Shown: positions 50,990 to 60,505, counted from the first letter of the stretch. The stretch: DNA of 64,000 nucleotides from an uncultured Candidatus Saccharibacteria bacterium (GCA_964538855.1 CAZIEY010000002.1:153007-217006); one strand, 5' to 3'. Notes: generated by a model not told the origin, from the sequence alone. Made by a program: numbers and translations.

Positions 50990-52417
50990 ATGTCTAATAG
51001 CAACAATACTACTAACAATATTTTACATTTTATAAAAAATATATATTCGATAGAAGACAGTATTTTTGATATTCTAGATAAATTTATTGGATTTATTCTA
51101 ATCATTATGTGGATGTCCATATGTAGCTACTGGACATACACTATTCTACCGAAATTCAATATATATCCCTCTAATATTTTATTACAACTTATCATTCTCA
51201 ATATAGTTTTATCATTTATTTTTTGGAGATTTGTTCTCAGAAAGGTAAACAAATTTAAAGATGGAGAAATAGGTATACTGATTTCACTAGTAAAACCAGA
51301 AAGTGAGGAAAGAATTTTAATCAATAAAGAATTAAGATTAATTAAAAATTCGCTTCAAACCCTAGCAAATCGAGAAAACGTAAGTCACACCATAAAAATA
51401 CGAATCCTTCCGGACAGATTATGTCCTAAAAATAAAGATGCTGCATATAGTTTAAGAGATAAATACAAATCTGATCTTATTATTTGGGGTGATATTGAAC
51501 ATGGCAATATGAATGGTAAGGCTCATACAGCTTTTTCAAATACATGTTTTTCTTATGCTTTACCATTAACTCAAGAAAATACACAAAAATTTACCAATAA
51601 TTTAAGCAGAATTTTAAAAAAGAGTAAGTGGTTAATTAGAGAAAGTGAAAATCTAAATGATCGAAATACGTTAGTGAGAAATCTAGAAAAGTTCTCATCT
51701 TATATAATAGGTTTTGCTTACTGTAGAAAAGATCCCAATATTGCATTATCTTTTTTAAAGAAAAGCTTTTTTGATTTTAAGAAAGAAGCCCAAGATATTG
51801 ATAATGCAGTCGCAATATCAAATCTAAGGACTATTATATTAGATATATTATCGTGGAGAAATAAGCAGCTGGAACTATGGCCATCAAGTAAGATTTTACC
51901 GAAAGAGGTTGAAAAATGTAAACAAATAATTGCGGAATTTGAGAGTGTGGGACTGGACACAGAAGCGAATAACACCAAGGCAGTAATGTACGTTGCTGCA
52001 GGCGAGCTCGGATTGGCAAAAAATGCTCTGGCACAAATATCAAACAAAGTAATAAAAAAGGACGCTAGTATTTCGTTTAATTACGCCTATATTTTTTATT
52101 CAGAGGGTAACATTATTGAAGGAACTAGATTTCTGTTGAGGTCTATTAAAATACTAAAACAAAACTCTTCTAACCTAATTGAACAATCTCCTAACTTGGC
52201 CAGATGGTATCAAGATCAACTTCAAACCTACCCAGAGAAGATATATCTAAACTTCCCCTTGGGAATAATATATTATGATCTGATGGGAGATAAAAAACTA
52301 GCAAAAGATTGCTTAAAAATTGCTCTGGATTATTGTTTAGAAAAAATTGGAGAAGATGGTATATGGATAAAAATAAAATATAATATAGAAAAGAGATTAA
52401 GAAAAACGGGTAGGTAA
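50990..52417 (+). CDS. Hypothetical membrane-anchored protein, very AT-rich, helical-repeat-like C-terminal region
   Basis: 475 aa; two N-terminal TM helices; GC ~28 %. Confidence 0.4.
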   Translation: MSNSNNTTNNILHFIKNIYSIEDSIFDILDKFIGFILIIMWMSICSYWTYTILPKFNIYPSNILLQLIILNIVLSFIFWRFVLRKVNKFKDGEIGILISLVKPESEERILINKELRLIKNSLQTLANRENVSHTIKIRILPDRLCPKNKDAAYSLRDKYKSDLIIWGDIEHGNMNGKAHTAFSNTCFSYALPLTQENTQKFTNNLSRILKKSKWLIRESENLNDRNTLVRNLEKFSSYIIGFAYCRKDPNIALSFLKKSFFDFKKEAQDIDNAVAISNLRTIILDILSWRNKQLELWPSSKILPKEVEKCKQIIAEFESVGLDTEANNTKAVMYVAAGELGLAKNALAQISNKVIKKDASISFNYAYIFYSEGNIIEGTRFLLRSIKILKQNSSNLIEQSPNLARWYQDQLQTYPEKIYLNFPLGIIYYDLMGDKKLAKDCLKIALDYCLEKIGEDGIWIKIKYNIEKRLRKTGR

Positions 52418-52468
52418 ATTTCATCTCTGAAATAATGCCTCTCCACTAGGTTCCTCTCCCCATAGCAG

Positions 52469-53587
52469 CTAAATACTCACAAACAATCCATTCTCCACCT
52501 TTCGAATCTGATATTCACGTTGCGCTTGGCAGTCTGTATCAAAACTCTTGGCTTTTCCGGTGATGAGTGGGTAATCAGTAAGGTTCGATATATAGTTTCC
52601 GACTTCTTGAGGAGATTCTCCGACGACTTTTATTGCATCGAGGGCAAGTTTTACACCATCATAATACGCTGCTGTCGGAAGACTTGGATGTGTGCCGAAT
52701 TGTTCGAGGTAAGCCTGCTTGTATGCTTTCACACTCGGTGTATCACTATTGCTTGGTTCAGATTGATAGTTCCAGTCTACAAATACAATTCCATTCGCAA
52801 GCTTCTTGTCCTGGAGTACAGGATTCTGGATAGTATTATAGTCACTGTAAATTGGTTTATTCCAACCAAGATTAGAAATTTGTTGAAGCATAGTTTGGGC
52901 AGTATTTGCAGCATTTACCGTGATCAAGGCTCCAGTTGTACTCATAACTGTCTTTAATTTTGTGATGTTAGTCCTGAAATCTGAAGTTGCCGCGTCGAAT
53001 GGTTCCGAAGCAGTGACAGTTCCACCTAGTGCAACATACACCTTGGTAAATTCATCTGATATTCCTTTACCGAATTCATTATTCGGCATGAGAAGCGCAG
53101 TTGTTTTAATATTTGAATTAATCAATTGCTGAGCAAGCGCAGGGCCGATATCTTTTGCGGTCATAGTTGTACGACATGACAACGTATTATTATCTATGAA
53201 CGCTGGGGTTGTTGCTCCTGAAGAAATAATAAAGTTACCATCAGTGATTGCAACGGGACGCACCGCAGCTGCTACAGGACTGTATTCAACAACAAAGAAT
53301 TTCACACCTCTAGTTTTAAGTGCTTGATATGCATCAAGACCTTTTTTCGCATCGGAAGCGGTATCTTCGATCAGTAGTTCTACTGGCTGACCATTAATAC
53401 CGCCAGCATCATTTATATTCTTTACCGCAAGTTCAGCACTTTGTTTCTGAAATTCACCGTATGCCGCAAGAGGACCAGTGAGCGTGTAAAGAGCTCCAAT
53501 CTTGAGTGGTGTTTCGGAAGTGTTGTTCTTCCATCCCATGACGAAAATGACGATAATAACGACTACTACAAGAAGGTATTTTTTCAT
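52469..53587 (-). CDS. ABC transporter substrate-binding protein, LivJ family (orphan)
   Basis: Third paralogous SBP. Confidence 0.75.
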   Translation of the reverse strand: MKKYLLVVVVIIVIFVMGWKNNTSETPLKIGALYTLTGPLAAYGEFQKQSAELAVKNINDAGGINGQPVELLIEDTASDAKKGLDAYQALKTRGVKFFVVEYSPVAAAVRPVAITDGNFIISSGATTPAFIDNNTLSCRTTMTAKDIGPALAQQLINSNIKTTALLMPNNEFGKGISDEFTKVYVALGGTVTASEPFDAATSDFRTNITKLKTVMSTTGALITVNAANTAQTMLQQISNLGWNKPIYSDYNTIQNPVLQDKKLANGIVFVDWNYQSEPSNSDTPSVKAYKQAYLEQFGTHPSLPTAAYYDGVKLALDAIKVVGESPQEVGNYISNLTDYPLITGKAKSFDTDCQAQREYQIRKVENGLFVSI

Positions 53588-53688
53588 ATTTGTTATAGCT
53601 TAGTGCTAGGTTAATTGTAGCAAATTTAAATCCAACATAAAATGCTTGCACATAGTCACAGCTGATCAAAACAAGCAATTCGAGGCAT

Positions 53689-55008
53689 TTAAGAACAAAA
53701 CATCTGCTCACTTAATTCTAATCCTTTCTGAAGCAAATCGATGTGCATATTTTCTTCTGCTCCGTGCATATTACTGTCATTACAACCTAAAGGAATTAAG
53801 ATGGTATCAATACCAAGAATTTCTTTAAAGTCAGCGACAATAGGAATACCTCCGCCAACATTTTTAATAATTGGTTTTTTACCGTAAATTCTTTCTTGGT
53901 GTTTCATAATTCTTTGAATCTCGGGAGATGAGACATCCACTTTAACGGGTGGTGAAAATTTACTCATCGATATTGTATAATCTACGGTATCAGGCGCATT
54001 CTTTTCCACGTACTCTCTAAACATTTTTTCAAATGATTCTATAGTCTGTGACGCAACCAATCTCACATTAATCTTGGCGATGGTCTCGGCAGGTATAATG
54101 TTACTGTACCCTTCACCTGTGTAACCACTCGATAGGCCACTGATCTCAATAGCTGGCCACACACCAACCATTGTATGAAAATCATGAATACCAATTGTCT
54201 TTTTTGCTCCAGTTACTTCGAGTGGATTATTTATTTCAAGCATTGCTTTATTTTTCGCACACTTTTCTGGACTGATTGGATCAACTGAATCGTAAAAACC
54301 ATCTATATTCACAGAGCCGTCGGTTGATAACATCTTTGCTAAAAATGTCGCCATTTCTTTTGCTGAATTTGGTATACCACTTCCATACACACCAGAATGA
54401 AGATTATTTTTTGCTGTTTTGAAAGTAAGCGTTATGTTTCCTCCACCACGAAGCGACTCTTCAACACAAGGCGTGTCTCCCAAGATTTCTCCGTCTGAAA
54501 TAATAATTTCGTCACATTGTAATTCATCGACATGTTTTCTCACTAACTCTGCTATGTCGGGATTCTGAGTTTCCTCATTTCCTTCAATCAAAAATTTTAA
54601 ATTGCATCCGAGGTTGCCGTTTTTGATGAGCTTCAATGCGGTAAAAATATGAATGAGATTCTGTGCTTTATTATCCATTACACCACGACCTATTAAACGC
54701 TTATTTTCTTCACGAAGCACAAAAGGATCAGCTTTCCAACCAGATTCCAATAAGGCAGGTTGTACGTCATAGTGCCCATATATTAGCTTTGTCTTCATAT
54801 TATCAGATTGGTGATAACGGGCAAAAACCACGGGATTTGTATTCGGGCCCTGGAGAATTGAAACCGTAAAGCCATTACTTTCGAATAAAGACTTGAGAAA
54901 AGTAACAGTGGCATTAATACCATCGACAAAAGCTCTATCTGTAGATACGCTTTTGTGGCCAACATACTCCTTGAGTAAGTTGACAAATTCAGTGAAATTG
55001 AAATTCAT
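53689..55008 (-). CDS. M20-family metallopeptidase (dipeptidase/ArgE-DapE-like)
   Basis: GHYDVQPA, GRGVMDNKAQ metal-binding motifs; dimerisation insert. Confidence 0.75.
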   Translation of the reverse strand: MNFNFTEFVNLLKEYVGHKSVSTDRAFVDGINATVTFLKSLFESNGFTVSILQGPNTNPVVFARYHQSDNMKTKLIYGHYDVQPALLESGWKADPFVLREENKRLIGRGVMDNKAQNLIHIFTALKLIKNGNLGCNLKFLIEGNEETQNPDIAELVRKHVDELQCDEIIISDGEILGDTPCVEESLRGGGNITLTFKTAKNNLHSGVYGSGIPNSAKEMATFLAKMLSTDGSVNIDGFYDSVDPISPEKCAKNKAMLEINNPLEVTGAKKTIGIHDFHTMVGVWPAIEISGLSSGYTGEGYSNIIPAETIAKINVRLVASQTIESFEKMFREYVEKNAPDTVDYTISMSKFSPPVKVDVSSPEIQRIMKHQERIYGKKPIIKNVGGGIPIVADFKEILGIDTILIPLGCNDSNMHGAEENMHIDLLQKGLELSEQMFCS

Positions 55009-55013
55009 AGTAA

Positions 55014-56114
55014 TTATTCTACCATTACATAGGAACCGCCCCGAATCTGGCGAAGTTCTGTATCTTGAAAAGATTGCTGACCGTACTCATTAAATTTTAT
55101 TACGTTTGAATAACCAACATAATTATCGACAGAATTTAGATAATTTTTGATATCTTCTCCATTTTTAGCTCCAGATTTTATTGCATCAATAACAAGCATA
55201 GTCATATCATAAGATGTTGCAGCACTAATTGCTGATGGTAAAGTTCCGAAACGCTTCAAATATTTATCGTTGAATTCTGATGTTTTTACGTACACCTTGT
55301 CGGCTGGATAATATATTCCATCTCCAATGCTTGCTCCTGCCTGATTAGACAACAATGATTGAATGGAGCCAACTGGCATGAAGATTGGTAAGTTAATTCC
55401 GAGTTCTTTTGTTTGTCTCGCAAAAACCTCTGGCTTACTGCCACCTGATATAACAGCGTAGATAACATCAGCGTCGCTATTTTTTAATTTAAGCAATTCT
55501 GTTCGATAATCAGAAATTCCCTCGTTTGTCTTTGATTCAAAAACAATACTAAGGTCTTTATAATTATCTTTTACTTCCTGCTTGACGACCGCCGCCAAAT
55601 TATCTGACCAAGAGCTCACGTTCGAATAGAGAGCAACTTTTTTATGTCCAGATTTAACCATGTAATCCAAGACCTCTTTAACTTGAAATCTTTCGCTGGC
55701 TGTTGCTGAAAAATAATATGGTAATTTAGACCACTCGAATTCGCTTGCCATCCAAGGAGAAATGACTGGAACATTCGCGGTATTTCCAATAGGTGCGGCA
55801 ACTTCACCCCACTCTGCCCATTCTGGACCAATAATTACGTCCACACCGTCTACGTTGATCAATTTTCTAGTCGCAGTAACTGTTTTAGAAATATCTGACT
55901 GAGTATCTTCCAAAACATAATCAACATCTAGACCGGAATCCTCTATCGCCATGATAAAACCATTACGAGAAGATTCTCCAGCAAATGACACAAATCCAGT
56001 TTGACCAAACAATCCACCAATTTTTATCGTGTTATTTGTTTCAGTGGGCTTGTTCAAAGATACTGCCAAAATGATTATCGCAATTACTACTACTGGCCAA
56101 ATTATTTTTTTCAT
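55014..56114 (-). CDS. ABC transporter substrate-binding protein, LivJ family (orphan)
   Basis: Fourth paralogous SBP. Confidence 0.75.
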   Translation of the reverse strand: MKKIIWPVVVIAIIILAVSLNKPTETNNTIKIGGLFGQTGFVSFAGESSRNGFIMAIEDSGLDVDYVLEDTQSDISKTVTATRKLINVDGVDVIIGPEWAEWGEVAAPIGNTANVPVISPWMASEFEWSKLPYYFSATASERFQVKEVLDYMVKSGHKKVALYSNVSSWSDNLAAVVKQEVKDNYKDLSIVFESKTNEGISDYRTELLKLKNSDADVIYAVISGGSKPEVFARQTKELGINLPIFMPVGSIQSLLSNQAGASIGDGIYYPADKVYVKTSEFNDKYLKRFGTLPSAISAATSYDMTMLVIDAIKSGAKNGEDIKNYLNSVDNYVGYSNVIKFNEYGQQSFQDTELRQIRGGSYVMVE

Positions 56115-56199
56115 ATAGAAATGATTGTATCAAAATAGGGACTAAATACAATGTGAGCCTAGTCGAGATGCGACCCAAAGGTTCATTGACCCACAAGGC

Positions 56200-56394
56200 T
56201 TATTTAGGCTCTTTCTGACCTTCTGGTCGACCCTTCTCGAGAGTAGCTTTCTCTGCATACAAATGAGGATTTTGTTTCCTATCTTGATCCAGTAACCATT
56301 GAAATACTGCGACCACTCTGTCACTTTCTTCTTTAGTCCAGTTTCTAAGATTTTTCTTGTTTTCTTGATTCATAAAAAGTGACAAAAGTGACAT
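56200..56394 (-). CDS. Small hypothetical protein (64 aa) at distal end of LexA-led operon
   Basis: ORF begins with tandem gtcactttt repeat; WTKEESDRVVAVFQWLLDQ. Confidence 0.3.
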   Translation of the reverse strand: MSLLSLFMNQENKKNLRNWTKEESDRVVAVFQWLLDQDRKQNPHLYAEKATLEKGRPEGQKEPK

Positions 56395-56416
56395 TCGTAC
56401 ACTTTTTCCATATTAG

Positions 56417-57112
56417 CTATAAGTCTAAACCATATTTTTTAATCGCCTCTCGAAAACTCCTTGCCACCAAAATCAAATCGGGGTGACACTTGTTAATCAT
56501 ACGGTCACTACCACAAAAACATTTTCTCCCGTCAAATTGACCGTTCATTACGGATTCAACCAAATTCCATTGTTTACTTACTTTTAGTCGCTTAAGACAA
56601 GCAAGAACTTGTGGTTCTTTACTATCACTATTCTTGAACGATTGCAGAATGCCGACTACATCGTGGTCATACGCAAGCCAAGGCCATTTTTTGTACTCAT
56701 CAAAATAAGATTGGGCATATAAAAATGGTATCACTAAACGTTCAAAGTATTCGAGAAAACTATAGCCTCGTGTAAAAATATCATCCTCTTCAGAAGGACC
56801 CGCTAAACACGCTCGTCCATCTCCAGTGTCAAAAAAATGACGTTTCGGTATCCACTTGTTTTTATCTGTATAAACCCAGCATTTAGGCATTCTACGACTC
56901 TCACTATTTTTAGTGATTTTTATCTTGTATTCCCCACTAATAACCAGACCCTCGTAATCGATGTTTGGGTCCATGAAAGCAGTAAACATATTTGTGACTT
57001 TATCGTAGACAGAAGTAAACCGGACAGTACCTTCAATAGTGTCCTCACCCTCATTTATTTTTAAATCAGGTAAAGTTTCAGCGAGCCATTGAATTTCGAT
57101 TTTAGTTATCAT
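56417..57112 (-). CDS. Unrecognised Cys-rich protein (~230 aa) encoded immediately downstream of the candidate CD-NTase; possible novel CBASS accessory/effector
   Basis: Start at MITKIEIQ; Cys pairs RACLAG and KCFCGSDRMINKCHPD; overlaps the NTase gene stop by ~10 nt. Confidence 0.45.
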   Translation of the reverse strand: MITKIEIQWLAETLPDLKINEGEDTIEGTVRFTSVYDKVTNMFTAFMDPNIDYEGLVISGEYKIKITKNSESRRMPKCWVYTDKNKWIPKRHFFDTGDGRACLAGPSEEDDIFTRGYSFLEYFERLVIPFLYAQSYFDEYKKWPWLAYDHDVVGILQSFKNSDSKEPQVLACLKRLKVSKQWNLVESVMNGQFDGRKCFCGSDRMINKCHPDLILVARSFREAIKKYGLDL

Positions 57113-58019
57113 TATTATAAGACCATTGGCGTGGTGGTGTATATGAACCACCGATTGTATACCCGGCAGTTACCGCACTCGCACTCTTACTATTTCCTGA
57201 ATTGTTCTGTTTAATATTACTTTCAAATAGTACTTTCCAAGATTCTATCTCATTTGAATCTTGTATAGTTTTAAGAACCATTTTCGCTGCTTGAGAAATG
57301 TTTCTTTTTTCAGAATCATCAACAAGTTGAGAAACGATATTATTCGTGTTGGCAGGGTCTATAATTCGCGATGACGCAAAGTTATCACGAAAAGCTTCAA
57401 GCACCTTAATGAATCCCTTCTCGAGATCGCCCTTATTCTGATAACCCGAAAGAGTTTGCACAACAAACAATTCGAGAATAAAGGTCTTTATCTTGATGTT
57501 ATTTCGATGTGCCCAAAGTTTAATCAGACGAATAATCGACACACATCCACTATCGACAATATGATCGATATGTATTTTAAGATTGGTCTGCATTCTCTCC
57601 TTGTCTCCTTGTGCGACATGAAGAAATACATCCTTAGTGTCTGTGATAAAGCGTCCCGGTACAACATCAATATGGAAATCACCTGGTGCATCAGCACCCT
57701 TTAGATCGAGAATTCTTTCTGCCGAAGCCTTGTGCGTAAGGAGGTACTTCTTAGAAAGTCGAGTTGCTACGTCTTCACGGATTTCTTTCAATGACCGTTC
57801 GTCAGAACTTGGAAAGTAACAGACGATATCAAGATCGTATCGATCACAAATCATTGTGCCTTTCTCTCTAGATCCTGCATATTTTATAACAGGATCATCA
57901 CCGAATTCTTCACGGAGAAAAGCGGTTACTTCGTTCTTATGGGACTGCAAAGCTTCCTCCTGTTTTTCAGACAGATCTTGTGAAGCGAGCAGGTTTTCTA
58001 GGTATTTGCTTGGTGTCAT
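57102..58019 (-). CDS. Pol-beta-superfamily nucleotidyltransferase of SMODS/CD-NTase type (candidate cyclic-oligonucleotide synthase)
   Basis: YAGSREKGTMICDRYDLDIVCYF = G-S-x11-DhDh; third acidic residue in HIDVVPG; 305 aa; translationally coupled to HNH-fusion gene. Confidence 0.55.
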   Translation of the reverse strand: MTPSKYLENLLASQDLSEKQEEALQSHKNEVTAFLREEFGDDPVIKYAGSREKGTMICDRYDLDIVCYFPSSDERSLKEIREDVATRLSKKYLLTHKASAERILDLKGADAPGDFHIDVVPGRFITDTKDVFLHVAQGDKERMQTNLKIHIDHIVDSGCVSIIRLIKLWAHRNNIKIKTFILELFVVQTLSGYQNKGDLEKGFIKVLEAFRDNFASSRIIDPANTNNIVSQLVDDSEKRNISQAAKMVLKTIQDSNEIESWKVLFESNIKQNNSGNSKSASAVTAGYTIGGSYTPPRQWSYNNDN

Positions 58020-58023
58020 AAAT

Positions 58024-59199
58024 TTAATTAATAGTTAATGCTAACTCGTACCCTTCTCTGATTCGATCGTATACATGCAACTGCGGACTAACATCTTTTA
58101 GTAGTTCTCGTCCGCAAACTATCGCAACTGGGGCAGGTATTGCAGCGAAAAGATGAAGTTCACTCTTTGTTCCATGCTCCACTTCGATTGAACGCAAGAT
58201 ACTTTGGTACTTTCTTTGGAATGTATGAAGACTCTCTCTTGCTGTTATGAGCGACCGATTCGGATCTTTGCCTAATGGCGTAATTTCGTAGATAGTAAAC
58301 TCATCGTTTATATGTTCAGGTAGTTGATCCAAGACAATCTTGCTACTCAACGAGAGAAGTAAGGCGATCTTTTTCTGATTACTACCTTTCTGAATGCATT
58401 GCGATTCGAACTGTACAGATTCTTCTTTGCGCCATCGCCATCCCGCAGGATTATCTCTGTGATGTTGGTAAAAATCTGCAGCAATCTTATCCCCCAACGC
58501 ATTACCTAGATGAATGAGTATGGGTATCCTTGCAAGTGAAAATACTGATATGTGTCCAATATGTCCACTTTCTATCGCAGGAACTACCTGACGATTCACA
58601 ATTTCGTTCACTTTAGCTATAGCCATCTTCCAAAAATCAGTGTTTACTTCTTGCGGTAGAGACTGAAGATCTATCTCAATTGCCCGCTCGTCCCCCAAGT
58701 AGCGAGGATATCTACCAGTATCAAGCACTGCGGTTCGTATCTCTTCGTTTGAGATTGAAACACTATCCCCTCGAATATTACCCATGATCCGAAGCACTAC
58801 CGTCTCATGCTCAACACCAAGACTTGTAAGGTACTTAATACGAGCTTCGTGCTCGTTCTTGTATCTCATTAGAAGCTCTTTTGGATATTCATCAACTTTA
58901 TCAATCACAGCATGACATTTTGTGCAAAGAAGCATAAGGTTTGAAGCTTTATTTCGTTCTGTGATCGGGAGAGGATCGTCGCCTCGTGGACCTCCTTTTG
59001 ATCGAGCGACTATGTGTGCGATATTCGAGAGTTTTACCTCTTGAGTCGTAAGAGCATCTTCCAATAAATAGGTATTACACCCATGGAATTCACACCTACC
59101 TCCTGCATGCGTCCACAACTCAAATACAACAGGATCAGTACCACTGATACTCGGTGCTTTAGATAAATTTCGACTTTTCTTTGCACGCTTTCTGGACAT
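58024..59199 (-). CDS. HNH endonuclease fused to ~250-aa C-terminal domain (Cap5-like HNH-SAVED effector, putative)
   Basis: CEFHGC...AHIVARSKGGPRGDDP...NLMLLCTKCH = HNH bba-Me motif; size (391 aa) and domain order match Cap5; SAVED assignment is inference. Confidence 0.5.
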   Translation of the reverse strand: MSRKRAKKSRNLSKAPSISGTDPVVFELWTHAGGRCEFHGCNTYLLEDALTTQEVKLSNIAHIVARSKGGPRGDDPLPITERNKASNLMLLCTKCHAVIDKVDEYPKELLMRYKNEHEARIKYLTSLGVEHETVVLRIMGNIRGDSVSISNEEIRTAVLDTGRYPRYLGDERAIEIDLQSLPQEVNTDFWKMAIAKVNEIVNRQVVPAIESGHIGHISVFSLARIPILIHLGNALGDKIAADFYQHHRDNPAGWRWRKEESVQFESQCIQKGSNQKKIALLLSLSSKIVLDQLPEHINDEFTIYEITPLGKDPNRSLITARESLHTFQRKYQSILRSIEVEHGTKSELHLFAAIPAPVAIVCGRELLKDVSPQLHVYDRIREGYELALTIN

Positions 59200-59201
59200 A
59201 A

Positions 59202-59411
59202 TTATTTTTTCTTCCTGTTATATGGGGATTGATTTGTTGGCCGTAAACTAATACCGAGTTCCGACGCCTTATTTCGAACTCCACCCACAGGTCTACCAAG
59301 TTTAAAGCCAATCACACGAGTCGGTGTATTATCTTTCGATAATGATTTGAGTTGTTTCACCTCGTTAGGTGTCCACTCTTTTCCAGCATTCCTAATGTAT
59401 TTTTGTACCAT
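59202..59411 (-). CDS. Small GcrA-N-terminal-like DNA-binding domain protein
   Basis: WTPNEVKQLKSLSKDNTPTRVIGFKLGRPVGGVRNKASELGI parallels GcrA WTDERVELLKKLW.EGLSASQIAAELGGVSRNAVIGKVHRLGL. Confidence 0.3.
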   Translation of the reverse strand: MVQKYIRNAGKEWTPNEVKQLKSLSKDNTPTRVIGFKLGRPVGGVRNKASELGISLRPTNQSPYNRKKK

Positions 59412-59418
59412 AATTTTA

Positions 59419-60066
59419 TTAATTAACGTTTTTAATAATTCCTACAACCTTACCACTCAACCTAAAATCGTCACCTTCATGAATAAATATTGGAAGATAT
59501 TTATGAGTTGAGTCAGCCTCCAATACAATGATTTTATTTTTAGGTTCAAACTTATACCGCTTAATGGTCGCCAATCCATCAATAACAGCCACGACGATGT
59601 CTCCATTTTTGTAGTTTTTATACTCACTGTCGACTAGTATAAAATCCCCGCTTTCAATTACTTTACCAGGTTCAACTTCTGCAAGATTCATACTGTCACC
59701 GTCAGCAATCAACGCATATAGATCTTTCTTGTTTCGTGGTAAAATAGATGTAGAAACTTTAAGATATTGTTCAACATTAGGCTCTGCAAAGATTGAAGCA
59801 GGACCACAATTTGCAGACCCTACTACAGGGAGAGAGTAAATGGGGCTTGTTGATGCTTTTGCATATCCCCTTTTAACCAATCTGATGATTTTCTCATCCA
59901 AATTCATTTGGATTAAGCCGTCTTTTTCAAGTTGCTGTAAATGATATTTGGCTGTCTGCGGCTTATCTTTTGCACCGATCATTTCAGCAATTTTTCTAAG
60001 ACTATACGATCCGAAATCATCGTGCGTTGCTATAAGGTCTAAAATTTGTTGTTGTATCCTGTGCAT
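59419..60066 (-). CDS. lexA: LexA repressor (wHTH + S24 autopeptidase)
   Basis: N-terminal LexA DNA-binding fold (QQILDLIATHDD...KYHLQQLEKDGLI), cleavage-site region, ADGDSM Ser motif, catalytic Lys in ATIKRY. Confidence 0.8.
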   Translation of the reverse strand: MHRIQQQILDLIATHDDFGSYSLRKIAEMIGAKDKPQTAKYHLQQLEKDGLIQMNLDEKIIRLVKRGYAKASTSPIYSLPVVGSANCGPASIFAEPNVEQYLKVSTSILPRNKKDLYALIADGDSMNLAEVEPGKVIESGDFILVDSEYKNYKNGDIVVAVIDGLATIKRYKFEPKNKIIVLEADSTHKYLPIFIHEGDDFRLSGKVVGIIKNVN

Positions 60067-60145
60067 ATTTAAAGTATAGCATATTTCAGAGTAAAATGCA
60101 ACTAATAATTTGACATTTTACACCCGCTTTTGATATTATTACATC
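60067..60145. promoter_or_regulatory. Divergent promoter region: minus-strand ttgcat-N17-tatact ending 6 nt before lexA ATG (leaderless?), plus-strand ttgaca-N18-tattat, and inverted repeat gtaaaatg-N17-cattttac
   Basis: Read directly. Confidence 0.35.
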
Positions 60146-60505
60146 ATGGAGATTCAGATCCAAAATTCAAAAGCATCCTCTCTCAATTTTCCAAAAAGAA
60201 AGTCGAGAAATAAATGCGAAGAGAAATGGAATGACTCCGAAAATCAGAAAATATTTCTAGACGAACAAGAGTTCTATATAGACGAGTCTGGTATTGATGT
60301 AATTGCAAAATTTAAACTACCACCCTATCTCAAAGAAAAGATAGTGCGAGGAGAAGTTAATATCAACGGAACATTTTTCCCAGAAGAAACAAATCGTGAA
60401 CTAGAAGATTTGCTCGATACGCAAGAAAAGCTTTTGCTAAATGGTAAAACAGCACAACAAGTAGATTTCGACAAATTACTGGAAACAGGACTCTTGAGAT
60501 TATAG
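60146..60505 (+). CDS. Hypothetical acidic protein (119 aa)
   Basis: ORF only. Confidence 0.4.
   Translation: MEIQIQNSKASSLNFPKRKSRNKCEEKWNDSENQKIFLDEQEFYIDESGIDVIAKFKLPPYLKEKIVRGEVNINGTFFPEETNRELEDLLDTQEKLLLNGKTAQQVDFDKLLETGLLRL

Noticed and set aside
59202-59411. CapH/CapP-type CBASS regulators for the small gene after lexA
   Set aside because: It is too small and lacks the XRE-HTH or HExxH patterns. The closest resemblance is the GcrA N-terminal DNA-binding domain, so it was left as low-confidence.
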